Source: a virus
Taxonomy: Duplodnaviria > Caudoviricetes
IMG/VR virus record: IMGVR_UViG_3300020044_005136
Span: 1-61,383 of that record
DNA length: 61,383 nt
Reading direction: 5' to 3' (one strand)
Below, piece after piece: positions 15,712 through 26,183 of this stretch (position 1 is its first letter; the number at the start of each line of letters is the position of its first letter). The notes under the pieces are model-generated. The model saw only the letters and a program-made list of their open reading frames with translations. It did no database searches and had not been told where the DNA came from. The position numbers and the translations under genes are program-made.

Positions 15712-15784
15712 GTACTAACGGCCTAGCTTCAGGCCGAGTTCCCTTGTGACCACTAGGCCGCCAGACCAAGGGACAACCTAGTAC
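15712..15784 (+). ncRNA. Candidate pseudoknotted structured element closing the array
   Basis: GTACTA/TAGTAC, CGGCCTAG/CTAGGCCG and crossing TCCCTTG/CAAGGGA pairings. Strand inferred from neighbouring genes. Confidence 0.5.
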
Positions 15785-15825
15785 ATTTATTGTAAAGCAT
15801 AATAAATTAATTGTAAGGAAAAAGG

Positions 15826-16011
15826 ATGACAACACACAACGATATAACAGGCGATGCAATAAAAACAAAAGAAATTACGGACAAGTTCCGTGAGAACTTC
15901 GATAAGATATTTAACCCACCATGCGTGCGTTGCGGTAAAGCCAGCCCAGCCGACGTGCACACATGCACACCAAAGGAGAATATAAATGAAGGCATTTACA
16001 GTAACATTTAA
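15826..16011 (+). CDS. Small hypothetical protein (NDITGDAIKTK family)
   Basis: AAGGA RBS; common phage motif plus CxxC. Confidence 0.6.
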   Translation: MTTHNDITGDAIKTKEITDKFRENFDKIFNPPCVRCGKASPADVHTCTPKENINEGIYSNI

Positions 16012-16177
16012 TGGCGACAAAGATCTTACAAAAATAAAATTTACAGGAGAATTTTTACAAGAACACGTAATAACAAAGCTCGATATTCTTAAAGATTCTA
16101 TTTACGAACTTCAAGAAATATACAATAAAACATTAGTAGATTGGACGGGCGTAGAAGGCGGAGAACTTGATGATTGA
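15986..16177 (+). CDS. Hypothetical protein
   Basis: AAGGAG RBS. Confidence 0.65.
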   Translation: MKAFTVTFNGDKDLTKIKFTGEFLQEHVITKLDILKDSIYELQEIYNKTLVDWTGVEGGELDD

Positions 16178-16418
16178 TAATGTAAATAACCCAGCGCATT
16201 ACAAAGATGGTGGAGTTGAAACAATTGATTTTATTGAGGCAAAGGGTTTAGGGTTTAATCTAGGCAATGTAGTTAAATACATTAGTCGTGCTGGGAAGAA
16301 AGGAAACAAATTAGAAGACTTAAAGAAGGCGCAATGGTATCTAGCAAGAGAAATAGAGAATGAGCAGAAGGTAAAACCTGGCTCATGGGTATACACAGAT
16401 GGGAAAGAATTTAAATAG
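16167..16418 (+). CDS. DUF3310-like (SaV/T7 gp1.7-related) protein
   Basis: VNNPAHY...ETID...GNVVKYISRAGKK...EDLKKAQWYL. Confidence 0.85.
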   Translation: MMIDNVNNPAHYKDGGVETIDFIEAKGLGFNLGNVVKYISRAGKKGNKLEDLKKAQWYLAREIENEQKVKPGSWVYTDGKEFK

Positions 16419-16427
16419 GAGAATAAA

Positions 16428-16610
16428 ATGTTAAGAGATGGAAAGTTTATTAAAGAAGATCCAATTCATATTAGTGCGCACTATGTTCCAGTATTCAGGG
16501 AAAGAACTTTTACGCCAGAAGAAAGATTTACACAAGATGTTTTACTAGGGAATACTCCATACACCACATCTAAAATTACTTTGTTCTTTTCTAGATTGCT
16601 TAGTTTGTGA
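16428..16610 (+). CDS. Hypothetical protein
   Basis: AGGAG RBS. Confidence 0.6.
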   Translation: MLRDGKFIKEDPIHISAHYVPVFRERTFTPEERFTQDVLLGNTPYTTSKITLFFSRLLSL

Positions 16611-16804
16611 GAAACAATTTAGTAAAAATTGCGAAGCGGGCAGCTAAAGAAGAAGGATTAATTTACGCCCCAGATATAGCCGCGCTCGCTTGTTTGCAAC
16701 GTATCTCAAAAATTTTAATACAAAATGAACGAGAAAGTTGTGCGCAATTATGTGAAGATTTTGATGCCCCACATTTAGCAAAAGCCATTAGAGAAAAGGA
16801 ATAA
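16607..16804 (+). CDS. Hypothetical protein (ERESCAQLCE family)
   Basis: GTG start overlapping the upstream stop; ERExCA motif. Confidence 0.6.
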   Translation: MRNNLVKIAKRAAKEEGLIYAPDIAALACLQRISKILIQNERESCAQLCEDFDAPHLAKAIREKE

Positions 16805-16806
16805 GT

Positions 16807-17115
16807 ATGAGCTACAGTATGATTGAACTAGACATTATCCGATGGAGTGAAGCCAGAGGAATCATTGACAACAGCACCAGCGCAACTCAATTACTCAAAG
16901 CATTCAGTGAAATGGGTGAGCTGGCAGACGCAATCCTAAAGAAAGATCGGACTGCAATCATTGACGGACTAGGTGATGTAATGGTTTGCCTAATTAACTG
17001 TGCGGCCATTGAGGATCTAGATCTAACTAAATGCTTACAGCACGCTTACAATGAAATCAAAGACCGTAAGGGTTATTTAAATAAAGAAGGGGTATTCATT
17101 AAGGATGAACAATAA
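16807..17115 (+). CDS. MazG-like NTP pyrophosphohydrolase
   Basis: SEMGELADA...DGLGD...AYNEIKDRKG motifs. Confidence 0.85.
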   Translation: MSYSMIELDIIRWSEARGIIDNSTSATQLLKAFSEMGELADAILKKDRTAIIDGLGDVMVCLINCAAIEDLDLTKCLQHAYNEIKDRKGYLNKEGVFIKDEQ

Positions 17116-17377
17116 GCTCACAGCAAAGGAACGTGAGCATATAGGGAGGGTAAAAGCTCTCCCTTGTTCAGTCTGCGATGCGCCGGCACCAAGCTACGCA
17201 CACCACGTTAAGCAGCACCAACAGTACACGGTGGTAGCACTGTGCTACGACTGCCACCAAGGGCCACTGTTAGGCATCCACGGCCAGCGGCGTATGTGGG
17301 CAATCAAGAAGATGGATGAACTTGATGCCCTAGCCATTACCGTAGAACGCTTATTAGAGACCTGCACTTTTCCGTAA
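17105..17377 (+). CDS. Ref/DUF968-like HNH-type Zn-binding nuclease
   Basis: LPCSVC...AHH...LCYDCH motifs. Confidence 0.7.
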   Translation: MNNKLTAKEREHIGRVKALPCSVCDAPAPSYAHHVKQHQQYTVVALCYDCHQGPLLGIHGQRRMWAIKKMDELDALAITVERLLETCTFP

Positions 17378-20300
17378 ATCTTTTACATCTATAGACTTAA
17401 GAATATCCTGCTCTGTCTCGCGAAGATATTTAATCTCAGCAGCCTTTTCAGCTGAAGTGTATTCGCTAGATGGAGCATTCCTAATGTAGGTAATATTTGC
17501 GCGAATTCTAGACAAGTACTTACCAACCTTATCAACAGTCTTCTCTAGTGCCAGCTTATCAATGACGCCTTCTTTTTCAAGGTACGCATCAATCTGATCT
17601 GGGCTGCGTTTCTTTAAGTCATTTAATGTATTGGCTACCCTATCAACTTCATCCCGCAACACATAGAAGTCTGTCTTCAAGGAAGATTCATATTCCTTAG
17701 TCATGAATGAGCCGGCACCAGGCACCGCTGCAATAGCCTCTTTAAGGGATAGCTCAGGCCGCTCAATCATTGGATCACTATGCAGGATAGGGTTAGTCAG
17801 AAGGATAGTTAACCCGCCAACAGATCCAAATATCCCGCGCAGTAAATGATCAGCAGCGATAGGCGACACCATTCCTGTTTGACCAAACAACTTAGCTAGC
17901 TCAGAAGTACTGTCATTAAACTGGCGCTCAATCTCTAATCCTTTTTGCCACTGACCAATCAATGGCTTACCTTGGAATAAGTTGTAATTGATAGCGACTT
18001 CAACGATAGGCTTAATCACTTGCGGTACAGGCGTTGGAGCAAGTAGTGCAGTTCCGAGCGCAGCTTTCATTGAGTCTCTAAACTTACGGCCATCTTCAGA
18101 ACCCTTATCCGTCAGCAACAAATAGGTATGCTCAGTAATTACTTTAGGAATGGTGAATAGATCCATACGAAGTGGAATACCAAAACCACCAGTACCTGGG
18201 ATCATCAGCATCCTGTCACGGATTGTTGTGGTCTTCCGCAGGTAATCCTCATCATCACCATTCATCATGGCATACAGGAGGGATAGCGTCATTACAGAGC
18301 CAGTGGTGGCCGCTAGTGTTGCCAGAGCATCCTTGCGATCACGCGGGGAGATGCCTACGCCACTGATGGTTTTAATGGCTACATTCTGCGCTGCTAAGTA
18401 AGCATTAAAGAATGGGATAACCTGACCAGCCATAGCAAGAAACTTACTGCTACCACGCCGGCGGAAGTTAATAACTTCAAATGCTTTCTCAAGTGCTTCA
18501 GCAGGGTTTACGCCTTGGGAGATGGATGCCTCATACACAGCCTGCCGTACAGCGTTATCAGACGCCATAGCGATATGCTCTAGTATCCCCTTGATCTTAG
18601 CCTTAATACCTGGGCTAGCACGCATACCAGAATAAACTTCAGCATCAACACGAGCAGCAGCAGATGAAAAGTCTTTTACGCCTGTAGCGCCATACATCTT
18701 AAGCTTCTCATGCGTTAAGCTCTTACCGCGTAAGGTTTGGATAAACTCTTTGACGGCCAGCACTGGAATTCTCAAAGCATACTGAGGCTTTAATCCAGAT
18801 GAAAAGATGGAAGCAAACGCGTCCTGTGGCAACTGAGATACAGCAAACAATGGGTTAAGCACAATCGACTGACGCAGTAAGGTAGCCATCTTAGATGCAT
18901 ACTTAATGGTTGGAATAGCCACTGCTTCCAATCCATTGAATGCGTCCATATACATGGGGTCTTCCATGTTATAGAACTCTTGCTTACCATCACGCCAGAT
19001 GCTTACGTTGTTAGCGCCAGGCTTAGGTGCATCCATCTTGGTGCCAAGATTCATCTCAACCGCAGCATCAGCCAGCGCCACAGCAGAACGGTTACGGATA
19101 GAGCGATTGATAGCGTATTGCATCCAACGCGCCATGTTATCGAACACATCGTTAACCGGCTTGGATGAACCCTTGATCATCTTTTCTTTGGACTGAACCT
19201 GCAATCCACGAACAAACTCTTTCGGGCCCGCAAACTTCTCTAACTGTTCTTCACGGTAGAAAGGAACATAGTCGATGTTATCTAACATCTTCTCTGCATC
19301 TTCTTTTGTCCACAGCCCGCTATCCACAAGAACATCAATAGTGTTCTTACGCATTCCATTCCACGTATCAACAAGACCTTTAAGCTCTGGAATTGTTTCA
19401 AACAATCCTAAGCCAGTATCAATCTGATCATCCGTCATATGGATAAACTTAGGCTTCTCACCAGCCAAAGAAGTTAATCTAGATATCTGGTTTCTAATAT
19501 CTTTCTTTTGGTCGGCAGTAAGCTGCTCCGTTGATAGACGGTAATTTAAATCCGCGATATCACTTGGAGCGTTTTCAATGGCTTCATTAAACTTAACCAA
19601 AGACTTCAGGCGTTTAGCTTCAAAAGCTTTATGTGCTACAGCCTCGGAGTCTTCTTTGGATAGGCCATACTTTTCAGCAATAACATCAAGCTGCTTAGAC
19701 AGAGATACAAAGTTGTCCTTATCTTTTTTAACTTCCCATTTGTGCATAGCCGAATTGTATTCGACGCGGCCATGAATTAAAGCCTGCGAAGCAACAGCAT
19801 CACCATGTACAGTTTGGCTAAGGCTAATATTAAGCAAGTTACCAATGCGCTCTTCCACACCACGCCCAGCTTCGGCAATAGCACGACGGTATGAATTGTT
19901 TAATGCAGCATCAGCAGAGAACGACCAAGTCTGAACCTTATCTATAAACTTGGTGTAAGTCTTATAGCCTTCCTTGGCAGTAAGGCCTGGGTTCTGCGCA
20001 GAGTTCTTAAGCAGCTCTTTAGTTTTCTCAAAGGATGTTTGCTCCGGCGGCTTACGTACAAAGCCCATATCCTTGATAGCATCCAGCGCAGATTTACCTG
20101 CTGCCTTATTTATGTTTTCAAACGAGTTAAATTGAACACCATTACTAGTGACTAGATTTACAATCATTTCTTTGGTGATGCGATTCTTGCTACCGTTCAT
20201 AATGTCTTTGAACATTTTCTGAACAGCATAACGGTTATCAAAACCAATGACGTTTTTTAACCCTTCCCACAGCCGAGCAATAGCCCTTTTAAATTTATCC

Positions 20301-23176
20301 CATGCAGTGCCAAGTTCAGAAGCCATAAGATTTTCAGCATTTACCGCCCAGAACTCAGATGGGTTAATAAACTGATACATATCATAACTTGGCAGCAGCT
20401 CCTGCGCCTTACGAAAATTGATTTTTTTTGGATTATCAATAAAATCCATAACCGCATTAAAATACTTTTGATGCTCCTCATCTGGATGCTTTTTGATAGC
20501 AGCCTGTAAACCCTTAAACCACGCTTGAGCAACAACTAACCGTTGCTCTGAATTCATCATTTGTTCTAAGCTATGAGCCAATTCGTGACGAATAGTCGCT
20601 GGGTCATTGATGCCACTGGTTCCCTTATACAAACGCACAATTCTTTCAAATGGGAAAAACTGACCAGCGGCTGGTGTATTTTCATCAGTTTTAACACTAA
20701 GCAACAAGCCTTCTAGTACATCAGGCATCTTGTTGTAAGCTAAATTGATGACGTTAAACACCTCGTCAGATATATTCCCCGCATCAAATTCCAACGCAGC
20801 CTTAGCTAAAAATTTCTCAGCACTATCTTGGCGAGGTTTAGTGGCCTTAATTGTAGAGCTAAGGTCCTTAGCCTGTTGTATCAAGCGAGTTACAGATGCT
20901 TGCATACTTAGATCTACCTTGCCTTCGGCCACTTGTTTTGGCACGCGGGCTAACTTTGCCCGCAAACCAGCATATTCCTTAATCTGTTGTTCGCGTATAG
21001 CTTTACTACCAAAGATCAAATCCCCATCTTGTTCAGCAAGAGATGGCTCCTCAATATTCATTAAGAAATTAAGTGGCTCTGTTCTTTCAACAGCATCTCT
21101 TATTCTTTGGATAGTTTCTTCAGGCTTGGCGCTTTTACTTACATCCAAGCCAATATCTCTTGCAACATTATTTAATTTTGCAGTGCTAAGTGGCACACCA
21201 CCTTTATCAATGGCAGCAAGTAAATCTTTTGCAATTTTTATTTCAGGAGCTACACTTACTTCTTCTGCCGCCCCATCTTCTCTTTGTACTGATTCAGCAG
21301 CTCCAGCCTCGCCTTCGGGGACAAACTCTTTAGATGCTTCATCAGCTGCTCTTTGCTCATTTGTTGCTTCTTGGATGGCTGCGTTAACATCGTCTATCTC
21401 CAAATGTTCTTTAAGAAGGTTTTCAAGTTCCAATGACGTATTGCCTAACTGTTTAATTTCTAATTCAGTTTCATACGTATAGTGATTGGAGTCGCGAAGC
21501 TTCTGCTTAATAATTTCTTGGGCATCATTTTCTTTTTGCATTTGCTCAGTAGGATCTGAGTTAGCAATAACGTCACTACGCAAATCAAAAGGCAAAAAGT
21601 TATCTAATGATCCATTGCGCACTAAAGTTGAAAGCGATATGCCTTCACCATCTTTACTCTGCAAAGGCTTAAATTTAAGGCTTACACCAATATCCTTAAC
21701 ATCAGACTCAGTTAGCACGCCTTTTTTGTTTGGCATCAATGCAGTCCTGAGATTATCAAATCCCCTTGGCGCATTTTTTAGTTTATTTAATTCTTTAGTA
21801 ACATCTTCAAGATTTTTTTCTGTTTCTAATACATCTTCTGTTTTGGTTGCTGGCTCTTCACGCAAAGCTTCTTGCTTACGTAAGCTACGCAATTCTTTTG
21901 CATCAACAGACTCTTCAAATTCAGGTGGCAGCGCAGCCTCAACAGGAGCTGGAGTAATTTCTTCTGTTGTGGGTGCTGGTGGCGGAACTCCTCCAGTAAC
22001 CGGAGGGGCTATTTCCTCAGTAGCAGGCGGCGTTACTTCTTCTTCAGGGGGAGTTACTTTCTGTTGCCCAGCTTCCTGCTCTGCCATTGCCTTATCTACG
22101 ATCTGTATAGCCTGCTCAAGAGATACATCTCCATCACGAACAGCTTCGGCCAATCTAGCTAACTCTGGGTTGGTTCTAGGATCAGCCGTCTTCAATAACT
22201 CAATTATTTTCTGGGTTTTATTTTCAACAGGAGCCTGTGCTTGTTCACCACCACCTAATGGAGAGACAACAGCAGAGCCAAGCAATCCCATCAAACCTTC
22301 TTTGGTTGCCGCACCAGCCACGCCCTTTAAAGTATCTACATCAATACCTTCACGCTGGGCTGCAATGTTTGCCGCAATCTGTTCTTGGGTAGCTTGACCT
22401 GCCTCAGTTCCAAATTCAGAAGCAGCAGCAGCACCTTTGCGCGCAAAACCTTTTACGTTGCCAGAAAGAATCTGTTCAATACCATACTTACCAACAACTG
22501 CACCAATACCAGCACCAGTAACAATCTGCCCCCAGTTTTTACCTAGATAATCTTGGGCTTCAGCAGCAATCTTAGCCGCTTCTTCCGGTGGCATTTTAGT
22601 CTTCTCAAGTTCAGACTTAACGTTGTCGTAGATGGATCCCTTAACTGCGCCAGTACCCTCAATAGCGCCAAGCACTACGTTGAATACTGTACGGGCAGCA
22701 ACCGCAGCACGAGCCTCGCCAGCACCAGGGATTAACAGGCTAAGAAGGTTAGGAATGATTGAGCCAACAGCCTGTGCCGTAGACTGAATAGGCGCAGCAA
22801 GAACGGATTTAGCAGCAACCTTAGCTTCAGCAAGTGGCCCTTCTTTAGCAGCAGCCTCTTCTTGTTGCCGGTAATACTCTATTTCCTTTTGACGTTCTGG
22901 CGTATACAACCCAGACAAATGCTTCTGTGCTTCAGCCATTCCTCTGGATGCCGCATTGTCAGCGCCAAATACATCAGCAATAGACTTTGCTACACCAAGA
23001 GTACCTTGTTGTAAGGAGAGAGCTGTATCACCTAAAGAGAATGGAGCCTTGGGTGCAGGCGCATTAGCCCGTATTGATGGAAGGATATCGCTTTCAATAG
23101 CACTTGCTATTTGGTCCTGAGTCATGCCATCAGGAAACTCTACAATACCAACTCCAACAATATTTATGCGCTGCAT
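17354..23176 (-). CDS. Giant polyvalent (ejected) virion protein with zincin-like metallopeptidase and probable C-terminal LPD38 domain
   Basis: 1940 aa; IRHELAH (HExxH) with downstream EFWA; INFRRRG..IPFFNA..KPIVEVAINYNLF LPD38-like segment. Confidence 0.75.
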   Translation of the reverse strand: MQRINIVGVGIVEFPDGMTQDQIASAIESDILPSIRANAPAPKAPFSLGDTALSLQQGTLGVAKSIADVFGADNAASRGMAEAQKHLSGLYTPERQKEIEYYRQQEEAAAKEGPLAEAKVAAKSVLAAPIQSTAQAVGSIIPNLLSLLIPGAGEARAAVAARTVFNVVLGAIEGTGAVKGSIYDNVKSELEKTKMPPEEAAKIAAEAQDYLGKNWGQIVTGAGIGAVVGKYGIEQILSGNVKGFARKGAAAASEFGTEAGQATQEQIAANIAAQREGIDVDTLKGVAGAATKEGLMGLLGSAVVSPLGGGEQAQAPVENKTQKIIELLKTADPRTNPELARLAEAVRDGDVSLEQAIQIVDKAMAEQEAGQQKVTPPEEEVTPPATEEIAPPVTGGVPPPAPTTEEITPAPVEAALPPEFEESVDAKELRSLRKQEALREEPATKTEDVLETEKNLEDVTKELNKLKNAPRGFDNLRTALMPNKKGVLTESDVKDIGVSLKFKPLQSKDGEGISLSTLVRNGSLDNFLPFDLRSDVIANSDPTEQMQKENDAQEIIKQKLRDSNHYTYETELEIKQLGNTSLELENLLKEHLEIDDVNAAIQEATNEQRAADEASKEFVPEGEAGAAESVQREDGAAEEVSVAPEIKIAKDLLAAIDKGGVPLSTAKLNNVARDIGLDVSKSAKPEETIQRIRDAVERTEPLNFLMNIEEPSLAEQDGDLIFGSKAIREQQIKEYAGLRAKLARVPKQVAEGKVDLSMQASVTRLIQQAKDLSSTIKATKPRQDSAEKFLAKAALEFDAGNISDEVFNVINLAYNKMPDVLEGLLLSVKTDENTPAAGQFFPFERIVRLYKGTSGINDPATIRHELAHSLEQMMNSEQRLVVAQAWFKGLQAAIKKHPDEEHQKYFNAVMDFIDNPKKINFRKAQELLPSYDMYQFINPSEFWAVNAENLMASELGTAWDKFKRAIARLWEGLKNVIGFDNRYAVQKMFKDIMNGSKNRITKEMIVNLVTSNGVQFNSFENINKAAGKSALDAIKDMGFVRKPPEQTSFEKTKELLKNSAQNPGLTAKEGYKTYTKFIDKVQTWSFSADAALNNSYRRAIAEAGRGVEERIGNLLNISLSQTVHGDAVASQALIHGRVEYNSAMHKWEVKKDKDNFVSLSKQLDVIAEKYGLSKEDSEAVAHKAFEAKRLKSLVKFNEAIENAPSDIADLNYRLSTEQLTADQKKDIRNQISRLTSLAGEKPKFIHMTDDQIDTGLGLFETIPELKGLVDTWNGMRKNTIDVLVDSGLWTKEDAEKMLDNIDYVPFYREEQLEKFAGPKEFVRGLQVQSKEKMIKGSSKPVNDVFDNMARWMQYAINRSIRNRSAVALADAAVEMNLGTKMDAPKPGANNVSIWRDGKQEFYNMEDPMYMDAFNGLEAVAIPTIKYASKMATLLRQSIVLNPLFAVSQLPQDAFASIFSSGLKPQYALRIPVLAVKEFIQTLRGKSLTHEKLKMYGATGVKDFSSAAARVDAEVYSGMRASPGIKAKIKGILEHIAMASDNAVRQAVYEASISQGVNPAEALEKAFEVINFRRRGSSKFLAMAGQVIPFFNAYLAAQNVAIKTISGVGISPRDRKDALATLAATTGSVMTLSLLYAMMNGDDEDYLRKTTTIRDRMLMIPGTGGFGIPLRMDLFTIPKVITEHTYLLLTDKGSEDGRKFRDSMKAALGTALLAPTPVPQVIKPIVEVAINYNLFQGKPLIGQWQKGLEIERQFNDSTSELAKLFGQTGMVSPIAADHLLRGIFGSVGGLTILLTNPILHSDPMIERPELSLKEAIAAVPGAGSFMTKEYESSLKTDFYVLRDEVDRVANTLNDLKKRSPDQIDAYLEKEGVIDKLALEKTVDKVGKYLSRIRANITYIRNAPSSEYTSAEKAAEIKYLRETEQDILKSIDVKDLRKSAGL

Positions 23177-23184
23177 ATTTTTCC

Positions 23185-25197
23185 TTATTGCGCTGGAATA
23201 AACTTCTTGCTTACTGGGTCGTATGTTCCTGCAACAGCACCGCCAGGCGAAGCACCGCCACCTATCATTTTATTTGCGTTCCAATCAAATCCTAATGATC
23301 TAGCATAATCAACAATACCATTTGGATAATCTCTCTTAATTTGATATGGGTCTAATTTACCAAATGCATCTAAAATACTATCCCTATTTATATCCCCTGT
23401 TTTTTTAGAGGTTGCGGGATACATTGTTTCTGCGCGAATTTGAGCAGCAATGTTATCTTTAGTGCTTCTTATCATATGCTCTCTATCTGTAATCTGCTGA
23501 AGTTTAAGAGCATTTTCAGCTTTAGCAGTGTCTCTTGCATTAAGGCCTGCTTCTTTATACATTTCCATGCGTATTTCTTTGGTGGCATCAAATACTTTGC
23601 CAGCAACTTTATTTGTCATTTCATTATTTGCAATGTCAATTCGTTGATTGGTTTCATCAACCTTATCTTGAGCCGCAACAATAGCATCTGCATCGCGCAA
23701 TCTTTCAGCCTGCTTAAGATCCGCAAGACGATCCTCACGTTCACGCAGTAAACGCTTCTTCTCTTTAATTTCTTTGCCGTAAGTTTTGTAAGCTTCAGCA
23801 CCTTTCATCCCACCCTTAGCAATATTCTGCAAAGCATATGGGGAATCACCGGCAGCAATAGCCAAGCCAGTTTCAGCCAAAGCCATCCATTTATTCTGGC
23901 GCTCTTCTTCTGGTAATGCTTCACGCTCCGCTCTGATATCTTCTAGCTTTTTCTCATTAGCCTCATTAGTATACCCAGCCGCTGCACGAGCCGCTTGTTG
24001 CCGAGCTAATATTTCTTCTGATGTCTTTTGAGCCTGCCTTGGAATTGGTGTTGGAACATAATCAGGTAATTCCAACAACTTATCAGTAATAGGAGCTGGT
24101 TTAGATACAGCAACATTTTCATTAACAATATCAGTCATTGTTAATCTTTCATCCGCTTTTTTCTTCCCAGTTAAATATGGATCTTCTTCAAGCTTTGTAC
24201 GATCAATAGATGCAAGACCAGGTTTATTCCTATCTTCTGCATTAAATGGTACGCGGTTATTATCTTTACGAAGCGATGCTATCTCAGCATCAACCGAGGC
24301 ACCTGTTTCAACTGGAAGTTCAGATGCTTTTTTTGCTCTTGCAGCAGCTTCAGCAGCACGTTTTTTCTCAACAAGACCAGGAACTAAATAATCTGAAATA
24401 CCAACATTAGTGCTTGGACCTTCTGGACGGGTGCCGGAAAGAAGGTTTCCATCTGCATCATAAATAGCGTCAGATCCAGGCTCTACTGGTTTGTATGTTT
24501 TCTTAGGAGGTGGCAAAACACCAGTTGCTCCTGCATAAGGAATAACGTTTTCACCAGGCAAAGTTCCCAATCCAGCTTTGTTTTGTGATGTTTTACTTTT
24601 TGCATAAGCAACTTCATTTAAAGCAAGCTCTCTGTTAAGCCGCTCTATATTGCTTGGGGCCGTCCTTCTAAATTCTTTTGCTGCAATTGAATCAGTAGGA
24701 TCATTTAATTTAGCAGTTTCATCTTTTAATTCTTGTTTTAAAATTTCAATAATTGCTGGGTAATTTAATTGAGCTTTTGGAAAGTCTCTCTCAGACCGAC
24801 TAACAAAACTACCTTTTGGGCCCGCATAGCTAGGCACTTCTCCACCATTTTCAAATGAAACAATGCCGCCACCTGCATACTGCTCAGGGTTCATACGGCC
24901 TGTATCTAATGTCTCAATACCACGCTCTTGCTGCATCTGGGGAGCTGGCTGCTCTGCTACGGCGTTCTGTTGCATGATCTGCTCAAGCACCGTAGTAGGA
25001 GGCACACCGCCCTGTTGTTGAGCATTCTGCATAGCACGCGCAGCCTCAACCATCTCAGCTTTCTTGGAGAGAATTGGCATGACCATATCCTGTGCAATCT
25101 GACCCTTCTGGGCCATCTGCATAATCAGGGCTTGTGGCAGTTTTGCTAAATCAGTTAGCGTGCCAGACTGTGCTTTGATTGCGCTAAGAATGCTCAT
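23185..25197 (-). CDS. Internal virion/ejection protein
   Basis: 670 aa, helical, with YAGGG/FENGG motifs; position in the ejection-gene cluster. Confidence 0.65.
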   Translation of the reverse strand: MSILSAIKAQSGTLTDLAKLPQALIMQMAQKGQIAQDMVMPILSKKAEMVEAARAMQNAQQQGGVPPTTVLEQIMQQNAVAEQPAPQMQQERGIETLDTGRMNPEQYAGGGIVSFENGGEVPSYAGPKGSFVSRSERDFPKAQLNYPAIIEILKQELKDETAKLNDPTDSIAAKEFRRTAPSNIERLNRELALNEVAYAKSKTSQNKAGLGTLPGENVIPYAGATGVLPPPKKTYKPVEPGSDAIYDADGNLLSGTRPEGPSTNVGISDYLVPGLVEKKRAAEAAARAKKASELPVETGASVDAEIASLRKDNNRVPFNAEDRNKPGLASIDRTKLEEDPYLTGKKKADERLTMTDIVNENVAVSKPAPITDKLLELPDYVPTPIPRQAQKTSEEILARQQAARAAAGYTNEANEKKLEDIRAEREALPEEERQNKWMALAETGLAIAAGDSPYALQNIAKGGMKGAEAYKTYGKEIKEKKRLLREREDRLADLKQAERLRDADAIVAAQDKVDETNQRIDIANNEMTNKVAGKVFDATKEIRMEMYKEAGLNARDTAKAENALKLQQITDREHMIRSTKDNIAAQIRAETMYPATSKKTGDINRDSILDAFGKLDPYQIKRDYPNGIVDYARSLGFDWNANKMIGGGASPGGAVAGTYDPVSKKFIPAQ

Positions 25198-25205
25198 AAT
25201 TAACC

Positions 25206-26174
25206 TTATTTCATTGTGTTATACAAGCTCAACCCTGTCAGGCCTAAGCCTGCAAGTTGCGATGCAAAGCTAGGTGGGGGAGTAGTAGTAGTTTGTGTTT
25301 GGTCTGAACTAGGAACACCACGCAGAATATCCGACATGTACCCAATCTGCTGTTTACCAAACATATCTTTATCTGTCCGGTACTTAGCTTCTGCATCTAT
25401 TTGCTGCTGCTGAATTCCGCGTTGTAGATCACCAAATGCGCCGGTAGTTTTTAAACGGTCAATATCAGCAGCTTGTTGTGCGGTACCGAGATTACCAAAC
25501 ACGCCGGCCTGCGTAGTCATCCCTTGCGCAGCACCTAGACGTAATTGATTCTGGGCTAACTCCGCGCCACGATCACGTTCAAACTGAGACTGCGCATTTG
25601 TATATGCGTCCTGCAATCCTTTAATGCCAATATCACTCAACGAGGTACGAAGGCCAGCTTCACGCCCGCCTTGCAGCAACGCCTGACGCGCACCCCCATA
25701 AGTACCTTGCCGGCCAGCAGCTAGGTTAGTACTAAGCTGCGCCTTCTGTGCCTCTGCAATGGCATTACGTTGCGCGATGTCGGTTACGTTTTGCTGGTAT
25801 GGCGACATGTATTGTTGAGCTACAGCAGATGTAAATGCACCAGGTCCTTGTAGCCCCATCAGCCCACCATACGTGCCTGCTGCTTCTTGGCCTGCCTGCG
25901 TTCCTAGCCCAAATTGCCCCGGAGTCTGCATACCAAATAACTCTTGGCCTACTGCTGTTTGGCCTTGAGACATCCCTGCCACACTACCAAGCCCAACAAG
26001 ACCAGATGCTTCTAAGCCTGGATGTGCCGCTGAATAATCTTTAGCTGACTCCGCATAAGCACGGTTAAGAAGCCCTGGAACAGCAGCTTGCCCACCCGCA
26101 GCAGGCTGCCCAGTATAAAACCCCTTCATCCATTCAGGAATGTCCCCTGCTGTAGTTACTGTAGAAGTTGCCAT
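25206..26174 (-). CDS. DNA-transfer/ejection protein
   Basis: Q/A/G-rich; YMSPYQQNV motif; hydrophobic C-terminus. Confidence 0.65.
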   Translation of the reverse strand: MATSTVTTAGDIPEWMKGFYTGQPAAGGQAAVPGLLNRAYAESAKDYSAAHPGLEASGLVGLGSVAGMSQGQTAVGQELFGMQTPGQFGLGTQAGQEAAGTYGGLMGLQGPGAFTSAVAQQYMSPYQQNVTDIAQRNAIAEAQKAQLSTNLAAGRQGTYGGARQALLQGGREAGLRTSLSDIGIKGLQDAYTNAQSQFERDRGAELAQNQLRLGAAQGMTTQAGVFGNLGTAQQAADIDRLKTTGAFGDLQRGIQQQQIDAEAKYRTDKDMFGKQQIGYMSDILRGVPSSDQTQTTTTPPPSFASQLAGLGLTGLSLYNTMK

Positions 26175-26183
26175 GATTTTTCC

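Noticed and set aside
20745-22397. Long + strand ORFs 20745-21482 and 21486-22397
   Set aside because: Ser-rich antisense shadows of the 1940-aa gene. The same applies to most short ORFs opposite the structural genes.
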